Positions 1-9,480 of a stretch of DNA of 64,000 bases are shown piece by piece. The translations under genes were made by a program, and so were the position numbers. The notes under the pieces were generated by a model. The model was not told where the DNA came from, ran no database searches, and was given only the letters and a program-made list of their open reading frames with translations. The stretch covers positions 128,001 to 192,000 of the forward strand of contig CAVYNY010000008.1 of NCBI GenBank assembly GCA_963769935.1, in the 5' to 3' direction. The DNA comes from an uncultured delta proteobacterium (GTDB lineage Bacteria; Desulfobacterota; Desulfobacteria; Desulfobacterales; JAFDCJ01). The number at the start of each line of letters is the position of its first letter. Position 1 is the first letter of the stretch.

Positions 1-647
1 ACCAGGCGCTTGGCCAGCTTGCTTAAAATGTTCTCGCGGGCCCGAATGGGATAATACGTTAAATTGACCGGCATGATAAAGGTGCTGCGATTAAGCACCG
101 GATCCAGGGATTCGATTTGAAAAAGATCCATCAGGTACTGAGCTTCATCCGGTTCGGCAGTCGCAAGATGCCCCAGGCGCTGCCGATAGAACTCCGTGCG
201 CATGGCCAGCCTACCGGCACCGGTGTGGGGCGGATGTTTGCCGCCGGCCCAGGAAATCATAAACTGGCCCTTTTCTATAATTTTTTTGTTTTTAACCATT
301 CTGCCTTCGGGAAAAATAATCCAGTTCGCTTCTCCGGTGAGCAGGGTTTTGACGATGAGCAGGTCCCGGTCCGGACTTTTTGTAGAAACAGCACCGACCT
401 TCTCGAGATAGGCACCGAATGCCCCTTTAAACAGTTCGTAATCCGCCAATGACCAGACCGGAATTTTAGTTAGTGAAAAAATCTGGGCGGGCATCAGGAA
501 TGTTTCAAGCCGGGTAAAGTGATTGATAACGAAAATGATCGAACCTTCTGGAATGTTTTCTTGGTTGTGAATGACGATGTTGGCCTTTGAAAGGTTGGAA
601 AGGGTTTTGACGGCAAAACCTGTGGATCGATAGGCAAACCGGTTCAT
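1..647 (-). CDS. Glycerol-3-phosphate/lysophospholipid acyltransferase-domain protein (5' part; runs off window start)
   Basis: Not in the ORF track. Manual translation from ATG 647 gives MNRFAYRSTG...IIFVINHFTRLETF...WIIFPEGRMVK, with PlsC-like NH(x)4[D/E] and FPEG motifs. Confidence 0.7.
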   Translation of the reverse strand, partial: MNRFAYRSTGFAVKTLSNLSKANIVIHNQENIPEGSIIFVINHFTRLETFLMPAQIFSLTKIPVWSLADYELFKGAFGAYLEKVGAVSTKSPDRDLLIVKTLLTGEANWIIFPEGRMVKNKKIIEKGQFMISWAGGKHPPHTGAGRLAMRTEFYRQRLGHLATAEPDEAQYLMDLFQIESLDPVLNRSTFIMPVNLTYYPIRARENILSKLAKRL

Positions 648-891
648 TGGCAATAGGCCTTTATTCTATTAATCCATCATTATTTTATTAAAGTAATTAA
701 TTCATCCCGACAATATTGCGAATTCTCATCAGGTTCAAATGAACGACTATGTTTCTCCAAAACCGGCATCACAGTCTTTCAGGGCGGATTAAGTAAATAA
801 TAAGCGAAAATCATGAAGGAATCAACAAACTAAATGCTGAACTGTATTTTATTCCATGGGTTTTCCGGCGGCACACACCCCCCCCTTGGTG

Positions 892-920
892 TTGACATAA
901 AATTTATTTACCATTAGATT
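892..920 (+). promoter_or_regulatory. Probable sigma70 promoter
   Basis: TTGACA (892-897), 17-nt spacer, TAGATT (915-920), upstream of the NIL-ferredoxin/mnmA genes. Confidence 0.6.
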
Positions 921-973
921 AAGAAAATCGTTAAAACTTATTTGTGAGTTCATTTCAGACGCGGAGGTCCGGC

Positions 974-1402
974 GTGTATTCTAAAATTGTTATTATTCGC
1001 TTTCCCAAAACGGAAGTACACAAGCCGATTGTGTATCATTTAACCAAGGACTATAATCTAATGTTCAACATCCTGAATGCCACCATCCTGCCCCGCAAAG
1101 AAGGGGTGGTGGTGCTGGAGATATCGGGTACCAAAAAGAATTTTAAAGAAGGCATAGAATTTCTCAAAGCACAGGGTGTACAGGTCCAAAACGCCTCTCA
1201 AGAAGTTAAACGCAACAATCGCAAATGCACGGATTGCGGGGCCTGTACGGCAGTGTGCCCGACGGGTGCCCTTGCAGTGAAGCGGCCGGAAATGAAAGTG
1301 ATTTTTGACCAAAAAAAATGCAGCGTATGTGAATTGTGCGTACCGGCCTGTCCGCCGCGGGCCATGGAGGTAAGGCCGGCACACCAGGCTTTTTTTGAAT
1401 GA
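974..1402 (+). CDS. NIL domain + 2x[4Fe-4S] ferredoxin protein
   Basis: GTG 974 follows GGAGGT. N-terminal NIL-like domain (FNILNATI...LEISG), then two CxxCxxCxxxCP motifs. Confidence 0.85.
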   Translation: MYSKIVIIRFPKTEVHKPIVYHLTKDYNLMFNILNATILPRKEGVVVLEISGTKKNFKEGIEFLKAQGVQVQNASQEVKRNNRKCTDCGACTAVCPTGALAVKRPEMKVIFDQKKCSVCELCVPACPPRAMEVRPAHQAFFE

Positions 1403-2457
1403 AGCAGACAACAGCAGTCGCGATAAGCGGGGGCGTTGATTCGTTAATGTCCGCTTATTTCATAAAGGAACAGGGACAGCATGTCATCGGAATTCACTTT
1501 ATAACGGGATTTGAAACCCCCTCCGTATCTGTCCAACATCCGGCGGTCAAAAACATCCATAATATCCTGGAAATCGGAGAACAACTGGGTATACCGGTCG
1601 AGATAGTTGACGTGCGTGCGGAATTCAAGGAGAAGATCGTCGACTATTTTACCCGGACCTATCAGGCCGGCCGAACTCCCAATCCGTGTATGCAATGCAA
1701 CCCCAGCATCAAATTCGGCACCATTTTAGACTATGCATTTAAACTCGGGGCCCGCAAGCTGGCCACGGGACACTATGCCAGGTTAAAAGAAGATCCCCAG
1801 GGCCGGTTCCACCTGTTGAAAGGTCTCGACCCGGCAAAGGACCAGTCCTATTTTCTCGCGCGCCTGACCCGGCAGCAGCTTGCCAAGGCCTGTTTCCCAC
1901 TAGGGAAATTAAAAAAAGAAGATGTAAAAAAAATGGCCGCCCAAAAAGGGCTGCACCCCGTCACCCGGGCCGAGAGCCAGGATATCTGTTTTATAAAACA
2001 TGACGCCTGCGGCGACTTCCTGACCCGGGAAATAGGTCTAAAGATCGAACCCGGTTTAATCGAAGACATGACGGGAAGGGTCATCGGGAACCACAAAGGA
2101 CTTCATCTGTTTACGGTCGGCCAGCGGCGCGGCATTAATTGTCCCGCCGCGGAACCCTATTACGTTGTCCGTTTGGATACCGGGCGCAACCGTTTGATCG
2201 TGGGCTCCAAAAATGATCTGCTGGCATTGGAATGCAAAATAACAGACATCAATTGGATTGCTGGTGAACCCGCCTCTCCCGTGGACGTCTTTACACGGGT
2301 GCGCTACCGCAGCCAAGAAGTGCCTTCCACTGTCTTTCCGCAGGATGAACATGACGCGATTGTCCGGTTCAAAACGCCCCAATCTGCTGTCACGCCGGGC
2401 CAGGCGGCGGTTTTTTACAAAGGTGATGAGATATTGGGAGGAGGCTGGATAGCTTAG
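1399..2457 (+). CDS. mnmA: tRNA 2-thiouridine(34) synthase
   Basis: SGGVDS, TPNPCxxCN, ATGHYA, KDQSYFL, ESQDICF, TVGQRRG and TPGQAAVFY motifs. Confidence 0.97.
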   Translation: MKQTTAVAISGGVDSLMSAYFIKEQGQHVIGIHFITGFETPSVSVQHPAVKNIHNILEIGEQLGIPVEIVDVRAEFKEKIVDYFTRTYQAGRTPNPCMQCNPSIKFGTILDYAFKLGARKLATGHYARLKEDPQGRFHLLKGLDPAKDQSYFLARLTRQQLAKACFPLGKLKKEDVKKMAAQKGLHPVTRAESQDICFIKHDACGDFLTREIGLKIEPGLIEDMTGRVIGNHKGLHLFTVGQRRGINCPAAEPYYVVRLDTGRNRLIVGSKNDLLALECKITDINWIAGEPASPVDVFTRVRYRSQEVPSTVFPQDEHDAIVRFKTPQSAVTPGQAAVFYKGDEILGGGWIA

Positions 2458-2732
2458 CTCATAGCTCACAGCTCATGGCCTACAGTTGCCTACATGGGAA
2501 CTGGGGAGCCGGGAAGTGGGGAAGCTGGGAGGCTGCAAGATTGAGAAAGTGAGAAGATCAGCGGCGCAGAAAGTGAAAAGGACTAGAAGTTCGTGAATCC
2601 CTTGGTTCGTGAGTTGGTGAGCAGAAAATTTGAGAGGTTTTGAGCTGGAAGGCTGAAGGCCTTGGTTGATTGAGATGATTGATCGACATTCCAAAATAGA
2701 AGCTGTGAAGATCCGTGCAAATCCGTGTCCAA
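2455..2732. repeat. Intergenic patchwork of 7-9-nt periodic repeats
   Basis: AGCTCAT/AGCTCAC heptamers, GGGAAGNT/GAGAAGNT octamers, ending in ATCCGTGCAAATCCGTGTCC. Confidence 0.7.
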
Positions 2733-2751
2733 ATGCTTGAAATTAGAGACT

Positions 2752-4074
2752 ATGCCGAAATTTAAAATCGTAACGTTGGGCTGCAAAGTAAATCAGACTG
2801 AATCCGAGTCCCTTGCTCAGGATTTAATGGCATCGGACTGGATTGCGGTTCAAGATCCGGCAGCCGCGGATGTATGCATTGTCAACACGTGCGCGGTGAC
2901 TCAAAAAGCGGCGATGCAGTCACGACAGGCCTTGCGACAGGCCATCCGGGCCAATCCCGGCGCCCGAATCATGGCGACCGGCTGCTATGCGGAAACGGCC
3001 CCGGATGAAATCAAAACCATCAAAGGGGTAACCGATATTATCGGCCAGGGTAATAAGCAGGCCATCGGCAGCATGCTCCGCAAGGAAGGTCGGCGGCCGG
3101 CAGAGATTCTGGTTTCCGGCTGCGGGGCTATCGGCCAAAAGCGGGTATTCGAATTGACGCCCCTTGCCGTAACAGCTCCCCGCACCCGGCCCTTTTTAAA
3201 AATCCAAGACGGCTGCGATGCTTTTTGCACATACTGTATTGTACCCTACGCCCGCGGTCGCAGTCGCAGCATGCCGCCTGAAAAGGTGCTGCATCGCATT
3301 CGCAAGCTTGCCCAAGCCGGATATCATGAAGTGGTGCTCACCGGCATCCATATCGGAACCTATGGCCGTGACCTGTCTCCCGCTGCCGGCCTGGCAGCGT
3401 TGCTGGGCCGCATTAATGGGTTGGAACTCATTGACCGCGTGCGCCTCAGCTCAATTGAACCGCTTGAGCTTACCGGGGAAATCATCCGGATGGCGGCGGA
3501 GTCCGATAGATTCTGCAAGCACTTTCACATACCATTGCAAAGCGGCGACGACGGCATATTAAAAAAAATGGGGCGCCCCTATTCCCGGCAGAACTTCCGC
3601 GATTTAATCATTCGGGTGAACGAAGCGATGCCGGACGCGGCCATCGGGGTGGATACCCTGGTCGGATTTCCGGGAGAAAATGAAAAAGCATTTGAAAACA
3701 CCTACGAGTTGATTGGAGATCTGCCGGTAAGCTATTTACACGTGTTCCCGTTTTCGGCGCGCCCCGGAACGGCGGCCGCAAAGTTTGAGCACCAGGTTGA
3801 ACCTGAAATTCTTAAAGCAAGGTGTGAACGGATGCGCAGCCTCGGATGGAGCAAACGGCTGAACTTTTACCGAAAGTTCATTGGAAAAAGATTACCGGTT
3901 CTAATTGAAGCCAAACGGGATGGCGCGGCCGGTTTGCTGAAAGGCATATCATCTAATTATTTGCCTGTTTTGATAGATGCCGGCGATGAGCTGAAAAATA
4001 AAATTGTTAATGTAAGAATTGAACAATTGGATGGGAATAAATTATTCGGTATTCATATCGTTCAAAAGCTTTAA
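2752..4074 (+). CDS. mtaB: tRNA t6A37 methylthiotransferase (radical SAM)
   Basis: TLGCKVNQ, VNTCAVT, ATGCYA, KIQDGCDAFCTYC (CxxxCxxC), LSSIEP, HIPLQSG, HVFPFS. Confidence 0.93.
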   Translation: MPKFKIVTLGCKVNQTESESLAQDLMASDWIAVQDPAAADVCIVNTCAVTQKAAMQSRQALRQAIRANPGARIMATGCYAETAPDEIKTIKGVTDIIGQGNKQAIGSMLRKEGRRPAEILVSGCGAIGQKRVFELTPLAVTAPRTRPFLKIQDGCDAFCTYCIVPYARGRSRSMPPEKVLHRIRKLAQAGYHEVVLTGIHIGTYGRDLSPAAGLAALLGRINGLELIDRVRLSSIEPLELTGEIIRMAAESDRFCKHFHIPLQSGDDGILKKMGRPYSRQNFRDLIIRVNEAMPDAAIGVDTLVGFPGENEKAFENTYELIGDLPVSYLHVFPFSARPGTAAAKFEHQVEPEILKARCERMRSLGWSKRLNFYRKFIGKRLPVLIEAKRDGAAGLLKGISSNYLPVLIDAGDELKNKIVNVRIEQLDGNKLFGIHIVQKL

Positions 4075-4079
4075 TTTTT

Positions 4080-4256
4080 GGACACGGATTTGCACAGATG
4101 CACACGGATTAAAAAAAAATCAAACATCTAGTTTGTCCGCCTTTCAGCGGAAAGAATCCAGGAATATAAGAGCCAAATTTTATCTTCATTAAAGTTTCTG
4201 AATTCCTGATTAATTTTTTTCTTAAACATCCTTAAAATCCGTGTTTATCCGTGTCC
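4080..4256. repeat. 177-bp MITE-like element with terminal inverted repeats
   Basis: GGACACGGAT (4080-4089) and ATCCGTGTCC (4247-4256), with periodic CAC(A/G)GAT sub-repeats; no ORF inside. Confidence 0.65.
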
Positions 4257-4300
4257 CATGAAGAGGAACTAAAATCCAATCTAACAAAAAGGAGAAAAAA

Positions 4301-4822
4301 ATGACCGCTAAAAACGACTACAAAGAGGATATCGATCGGGCAACGGCCGTCTTTGAAACCAACTTGGGAAATTTCGAGGTCGAGCTTTATGCCAAAGAGT
4401 GCCCGGAAACCGTGTGGAATTTTATCAACCTGGCCGAAGGGCGGCAGGAAACGGACAGAGGCGGAAAATTTTATGACGGCCTTTCCTTTCATCGTGTCAT
4501 CGAAGGCTTTGTTATCCAGGGCGGCTGCCCTTTGGGGACCGGAACCGGCGGTCCGGGATACAGTTTTACGGATGAATTTGACGCCGCCTTGAAGCATGAC
4601 GGTGCCGGCGTGCTTTCCATGGCCAATGCGGGACCCGGCACCAATGGGAGCCAGTTCTTCATCACCCTCGCCCCGACCCCTCATTTGGACAACCGCCACT
4701 CCGTTTTCGGCAAGGTAGTCAAAGGTATGGAAGTCGTTAAACAAATCGGAACGACCCCAACAGGTCCGGGAGACCGGCCGATAGAGAAAGTCGTCATGCA
4801 AAAGGTAACGATTCAAAGATAA
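4301..4822 (+). CDS. Cyclophilin-type peptidyl-prolyl cis-trans isomerase
   Basis: [38 protein letters not shown]. Confidence 0.96.
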   Translation: MTAKNDYKEDIDRATAVFETNLGNFEVELYAKECPETVWNFINLAEGRQETDRGGKFYDGLSFHRVIEGFVIQGGCPLGTGTGGPGYSFTDEFDAALKHDGAGVLSMANAGPGTNGSQFFITLAPTPHLDNRHSVFGKVVKGMEVVKQIGTTPTGPGDRPIEKVVMQKVTIQR

Positions 4823-5005
4823 CCTGGTTGCTTAATACATAGTTTCATAAATACGGTAACTGCGAATATGTCATCGTAATTATGAATAAGAGCACTTAGC
4901 AAATCGATTGCTGAAATTTGGCATTGGGCGGACTGATGCGCATCGCCGGATCGCGGAGACGCGGGCCGGCAAACCGGTCCGCATCAAGGATGGGGCGGCT
5001 GCCAT

Positions 5006-5037
5006 AAAAAAAAGCGCAACATTGAAATTGCGCTTTT
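5006..5037 (-). terminator. Intrinsic terminator downstream of tRNA-Leu (possibly bidirectional)
   Basis: AAAAGCGCAA / TTGCGCTTTT stem; an A8 run gives a U-tract on the minus strand. Confidence 0.7.
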
Positions 5038-5052
5038 GGTGTTTATAGTTTG

Positions 5053-5139
5053 TGGTGCCGAAGGGGAGACTCGAACTCCCACAGGCGTACGCCCACTAGA
5101 CCCTGAACCTAGCGCGTCTACCAGTTCCGCCACTTCGGC
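5053..5139 (-). tRNA. tRNA-Leu(CAG)
   Basis: Reverse complement reads GCCGAAGTGGCGGAACTGGTAGACGCG-CTAGG-TTCAGGG-TCTAG...GTTCGAGTC...CTTCGGCACCA: long variable arm, encoded CCA. Confidence 0.96.
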
Positions 5140-5234
5140 ACTTTTAAAAAGGTTGATTTATTACAACAAGTGCACTACATACATCTATTCCGTGATTCAT
5201 GTCAAGCTCAATGTTGAATATTTGAAAGTTTATT

Positions 5235-6170
5235 ATGAAAGTTTTCGATCACCTCGACCAAATCAATGAACCCTTCAAGCGTGCCGTGATTACCATCGGC
5301 AATTTTGACGGTGTTCATATCGGACACCAGGCTCTTTTTCACGAAGTCATTGAAAAAGCCGTCGACATTGACGGTACATCCGTGGCCATGACATTTGAAC
5401 CGCATCCGATTCGGGTGTTAAAACAAAACCATTATCCGCCATTGATAACCCTTTATGAACAAAAGGCCGAGTTGATCGAGCGCACCGGCATCGATGTGCT
5501 GATATGTGTTCCTTTTACCCTGGCGTTTGCAGCACTTTCCGCCGAACAATTCATTAAAGATCTGCTGGTACAAAAAATCGGTATGAAAGCAATTGTGGTG
5601 GGCGAAGACTATAGCTTCGGCAAAAATCGCGAAGGCAATATCGAGCTGCTGCGCTCCTATGCCCCTCAATATGGTTTTGAAGTTATCATAGCCGGCTGGG
5701 TCAGGTCCGCCCGAGCTATGGAAGACCGCATCAGCAGCACTAGAATCCGGGAACTGATCACCGACGGCCTGATGGAGCAGGCCGAAAGAATGTTGGGCCG
5801 GAGCTACCAAATCAGAGGCAGGGTCGTGACGGGCCGGGACCGCGGCGGCAGGCTGCTTGGCATTCCGACTGCCAACATCAATCTGAACGATGAACTGTGC
5901 CCCAAAACCGGTATCTACGCCGTGTTGGTCGAATTTAACGGCCAGAAGTACAAGGGCGTCGCAAATATCGGTTACAGCCCGACATTTGATGACCATCAGT
6001 TTACGGTGGAAGTGCATATTTTAGACTTTTGTGGTAACATATATGGAAAGAAAATCCGGGTAAATTTCATCAAGCGTATTCGGGATGAAATAAAATTTTC
6101 CGGTATCTCAGAGCTCGTCGATCAGATCAGACTCGACATCGTCGCGGCCCGTGAAGTTCTTAAAAGCTAA
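5235..6170 (+). CDS. ribF: Bifunctional riboflavin kinase/FAD synthetase
   Basis: IGNFDGVHIGH, ISSTRIR, GRLLGIPTAN, EVHILDF, RIRDEIKF. Confidence 0.96.
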   Translation: MKVFDHLDQINEPFKRAVITIGNFDGVHIGHQALFHEVIEKAVDIDGTSVAMTFEPHPIRVLKQNHYPPLITLYEQKAELIERTGIDVLICVPFTLAFAALSAEQFIKDLLVQKIGMKAIVVGEDYSFGKNREGNIELLRSYAPQYGFEVIIAGWVRSARAMEDRISSTRIRELITDGLMEQAERMLGRSYQIRGRVVTGRDRGGRLLGIPTANINLNDELCPKTGIYAVLVEFNGQKYKGVANIGYSPTFDDHQFTVEVHILDFCGNIYGKKIRVNFIKRIRDEIKFSGISELVDQIRLDIVAAREVLKS

Positions 6171-6279
6171 GCGGGCCTTGGTGGGCCGGCCCGGCGATTT
6201 TGCGATGCTTTTGAACCGGACATTACGCATTTGACAATAAATCCTGTTTATTTAATGGAAAAGGTTTTCATCGCTGAAT

Positions 6280-7383
6280 ATGAAAAAAAACATGACCATC
6301 TCCTTTATCGGAGGTATTGCGATATCGGTGATCGCGCTTTATTTTGCTTTCAGAAAAGTTCCCGTTGCGGATCTGTTCAAGTATCTGGCTTCCATTAATT
6401 ACTTCTGGGTACTGCCGGCAGTAATTGCCACACTCGTTTCCTTTTTGCTAAGAGCTTTTCGCTGGCGGATCATTCTGGAATCGACCAAGAAAATCAGTAT
6501 ATGGGGGGCGATTCATCCCCTGATGATCGGTTTTATGATCAACTGCGTGCTGCCCGGCCGTTTAGGTGAGGTGGCCCGCCCTGTAATACTGCAAAAAAGA
6601 GAGGGCGTACCCTTTGCCACAGGTCTGGCGACTGTCGTGGCGGAAAGAATGTTTGACATAATTCTTTTGCTGCTGCTGTTTATATTAACGGCCGGCGTTC
6701 TGAAAATAGATCCCGAGCTCAATGTAGCCTTTGGCAAATATCAACTGAATCAGAAAACCCTGCAGACCGTATTCGACGGCATGCTGGAACTGGGAGCCGT
6801 GTTAATTGGAGGGATCGTTTTGTTCAGCATGCGCAGGTTTCGTGAATTAATTTACAAAATGATCAGGTCTACGCCGGGTTTGTTTTTCTTTGCTGGGCAA
6901 CGCTTCAAAGCGTCGTATCAAAAACGAGTGTGCGAGCCCGTAATCAAGGTCCTTAAAAACTTAGCACAGGGTTTTGCTCTGGTCAGATATCCAACAATAA
7001 TCATTATCTGTTTCGTTTATTCATTCCTGATCTGGGGACTGCAGGCGCTCTCATATTATCTATTTTCGCGCGGCTGCCCGGGTATTGGCCTGACATATTA
7101 TGAAATAACGGCTGTTATGGTTATCATCTGCTTCTTTATAGCATTGCCTTCGGCCCCGGGCTTTTGGGGGCTCTGGGAAGCAGGCGGTGTGTTTGCGCTG
7201 TCGCTGTTTGGCGTTTCCGCCAAAGACGCTGCCGGTTACACCCTGGCTAATCATGCGATTCAGGTTATACCGGTGATTATTGCCGGTATGGTATCCGCCC
7301 TGATTCTCAGCGTGAATATCCGCCAGTTGTCTTATGCCGGACAAGAGTACCAACGTCAACAGCCGCAGGTAAAACCAGATTGA
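6280..7383 (+). CDS. Lysylphosphatidylglycerol synthase TM-domain (UPF0104, flippase-like) membrane protein
   Basis: Multi-TM; LRAFRW, N-x-x-LPGRLGEVAR, ERMFD, PSAPGFWG. Confidence 0.85.
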   Translation: MKKNMTISFIGGIAISVIALYFAFRKVPVADLFKYLASINYFWVLPAVIATLVSFLLRAFRWRIILESTKKISIWGAIHPLMIGFMINCVLPGRLGEVARPVILQKREGVPFATGLATVVAERMFDIILLLLLFILTAGVLKIDPELNVAFGKYQLNQKTLQTVFDGMLELGAVLIGGIVLFSMRRFRELIYKMIRSTPGLFFFAGQRFKASYQKRVCEPVIKVLKNLAQGFALVRYPTIIIICFVYSFLIWGLQALSYYLFSRGCPGIGLTYYEITAVMVIICFFIALPSAPGFWGLWEAGGVFALSLFGVSAKDAAGYTLANHAIQVIPVIIAGMVSALILSVNIRQLSYAGQEYQRQQPQVKPD

Positions 7384-7441
7384 TTAGCTGAGCTTACGAA
7401 CTTACGAGCTAACGAACTCACCAACTTAATACTTAATTCTC

Positions 7442-7954
7442 ATGTCAAAACTTGAAATATTAACATATCCGAATAAATTTCTGAGCGAACCGACCAAACC
7501 TCTGGAAAACATCGATGGCAAGGTTCAGGAAATCATCGATCAGATGGCCGCCACCATGTATGATGCGCCGGGCATCGGGCTGGCAGCGATCCAGGTGGGC
7601 TGGGACAAGAGCCTGTTGATCTATGATATTTCCCCTCGAGATGAAAACCGTTCCCTGCACGTGCTGATCAATCCCAAAATTGTTACTCAAGAGGGTGAAA
7701 TCGTGTCTGAAAATGAAGGCTGCCTAAGTGTCCCCGAATTCAGGGCGGACGTGAAACGTGCCGCTAACATAACTGTTGCCGGCCAGGATCGGGAGGGCAA
7801 ACCGATCCGCATGGATGCCGAAGGGTTTCTGGCCATTGTGTTGCAGCACGAAATCGACCATCTAAACGGAACCTTGTTTATTGAACGCATCAGTTCCCTG
7901 AAGCGGCAAATGTACCAGCGCCGGGTGAAAAAGCAAATGAAGACGAACCAATGA
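7442..7954 (+). CDS. def: Peptide deformylase
   Basis: [22 protein letters not shown]. Confidence 0.97.
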   Translation: MSKLEILTYPNKFLSEPTKPLENIDGKVQEIIDQMAATMYDAPGIGLAAIQVGWDKSLLIYDISPRDENRSLHVLINPKIVTQEGEIVSENEGCLSVPEFRADVKRAANITVAGQDREGKPIRMDAEGFLAIVLQHEIDHLNGTLFIERISSLKRQMYQRRVKKQMKTNQ

Positions 7955-7957
7955 AAA

Positions 7958-8190
7958 ATGCCTAAAATTAAAAATGCCTAAAGTGCCTAAAATTAAGGTA
8001 TTCTATCTATTTATGTTAATAAGCCCCAGCAGCTTAGATTGCATTAGATTTGAGATATTAATCTTTCCGGAGGCCAGATCTCAAAGTTTCATATTAAGAG
8101 ATGGAGCGCCGCGACACCACAATTTTAGTCATTTTAAATTTTAGATCATTTTAGATAATTTTTCACTTGAGATCATTTTGATTCATTTTC
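7958..8190. repeat. Inverted pair of periodic arrays between def and fmt
   Basis: Left arm ATGCCTAAAATTAAAAATGCCTAAAGTGCCTAAAATT; right arm AATTTTAGTCATTTTAAATTTTAGATCATTTTAG. Confidence 0.65.
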
Positions 8191-8214
8191 TACACCGGCT
8201 GAGCAGGTAAAACG

Positions 8215-9171
8215 ATGCCGTCAAAGTACAGAATTATATTCATGGGCACACCGCAGTTTTCCGTTCCCGGGCTGATAGCTCTGCATGCGAATGGCTATGA
8301 GGTTGCTTTGGCTGTAACCCAGCCGGACCGCCCCAGGGGAAGAGGACGCAATGTTACGCCTTCTCCGGTGAAAGCTGCTGCAATGGAGCTTGGAATTCAA
8401 GTCATCCAGCCGGCTTCTATTAAAACCTCAGAATTTGCCGATCAAATTAAATCCAATAAACCGGATTTTCAGATCGTCATTGCCTATGGAAAAATTCTTC
8501 CCGAAAATGTGCTGGCCATACCCCGTTTCGGAACGATTAACATTCATGCCTCGCTGCTGCCGAAACTACGCGGACCCGCACCCATCCAATGGGCTATTAT
8601 CAATGGTGAGAAGGAAACCGGCGTATGTTCCATGCTGATGGATAAGGGCCTGGATACCGGAGACATATTGCTCACTGTGCCGGAACCGGTTAATCCGGAA
8701 GATACGGCGGGCAGCTTGCACGACCGTTTGGCCGCCAAGGGGGCAAGGGTCCTGATAGACACCTTAAAAAAATTTGGGGACCACACGATTCATCCCATAC
8801 CCCAAGATAACCGTCTCGCAACCTACGCGCCCCTGCTCGCCAAGGACGACGGGCTTATCAATTGGAACAAATCCGCCGAATCCCTTGAACGCTTTATCCG
8901 GGGAGTCACGCCCTGGCCCGGGGCACATACTTTTATTGGTGAAACACGTCTGAAGATTTTTAAATCCACGCCCCTTGCCTTGGAAACCACAGAAGCACCC
9001 GGTACCGTACAGCAAGGATTCCCGGATGAATTACGGGTCGCTACCGGGGATGGTGTGCTTTCCATCCTTGAAATTCAGGGTGCGTCGGGTAAACGCATGA
9101 CGATCAGGGAGTATCTGAAGGGCATGCAATACCGGCCGGACGACATTGGGATAATTCTCGGATCAGTCTGA
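8215..9171 (+). CDS. fmt: Methionyl-tRNA formyltransferase
   Basis: IIFMGTP, VTQPDRPRGRG, INIHASLLP, RGPAPIQ, LDTGDI. Confidence 0.97.
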   Translation: MPSKYRIIFMGTPQFSVPGLIALHANGYEVALAVTQPDRPRGRGRNVTPSPVKAAAMELGIQVIQPASIKTSEFADQIKSNKPDFQIVIAYGKILPENVLAIPRFGTINIHASLLPKLRGPAPIQWAIINGEKETGVCSMLMDKGLDTGDILLTVPEPVNPEDTAGSLHDRLAAKGARVLIDTLKKFGDHTIHPIPQDNRLATYAPLLAKDDGLINWNKSAESLERFIRGVTPWPGAHTFIGETRLKIFKSTPLALETTEAPGTVQQGFPDELRVATGDGVLSILEIQGASGKRMTIREYLKGMQYRPDDIGIILGSV

Positions 9172-9248
9172 TCCCATGCCTTTCTGACGCTGTTTAACCA
9201 GGTCACGTCAGTACCCTGGAAATCAGACCCGATGCATTTTTTAAAAAA

Positions 9249-9405
9249 TCCAAATTACAAGCACCAAATTCCAAATAAATTCCAAATTCGAAATATCAAT
9301 GACCGAAACAAAGTACTTTCAATAACTCAATACCTTATTTTTGGAATTTGGGTATTTGGTCATTGGGATTTATTTGTTATTTGGATTTTGGGATTTGTAC
9401 TTTTC
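9249..9405. repeat. Inverted pair of heptamer arrays between fmt and rsmB
   Basis: (C/A)CAAATT-type 7-mers on the left; complementary (A/G)TTTGGN-type 7-mers on the right. Confidence 0.65.
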
Positions 9406-9480
9406 AGGCCCAGTGCCATCCTGAGCGTAATTTATAAAACTAGCAATTTATTACAAGAAGATATCCAAAGCCAGTTTCTC

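Noticed and set aside
117..452. Plus-strand ORFs 117..452 and 196..411
   Set aside because: They are antisense to the acyltransferase on the minus strand.
5053..5139. tRNA-Leu as an island integration site
   Set aside because: I saw no duplicated tRNA 3' end and no integrase, and both neighbours are housekeeping genes.
6231..6260. Promoter at TTGACA upstream of the UPF0104 gene
   Set aside because: There is no convincing -10 box at 16-18 nt spacing.
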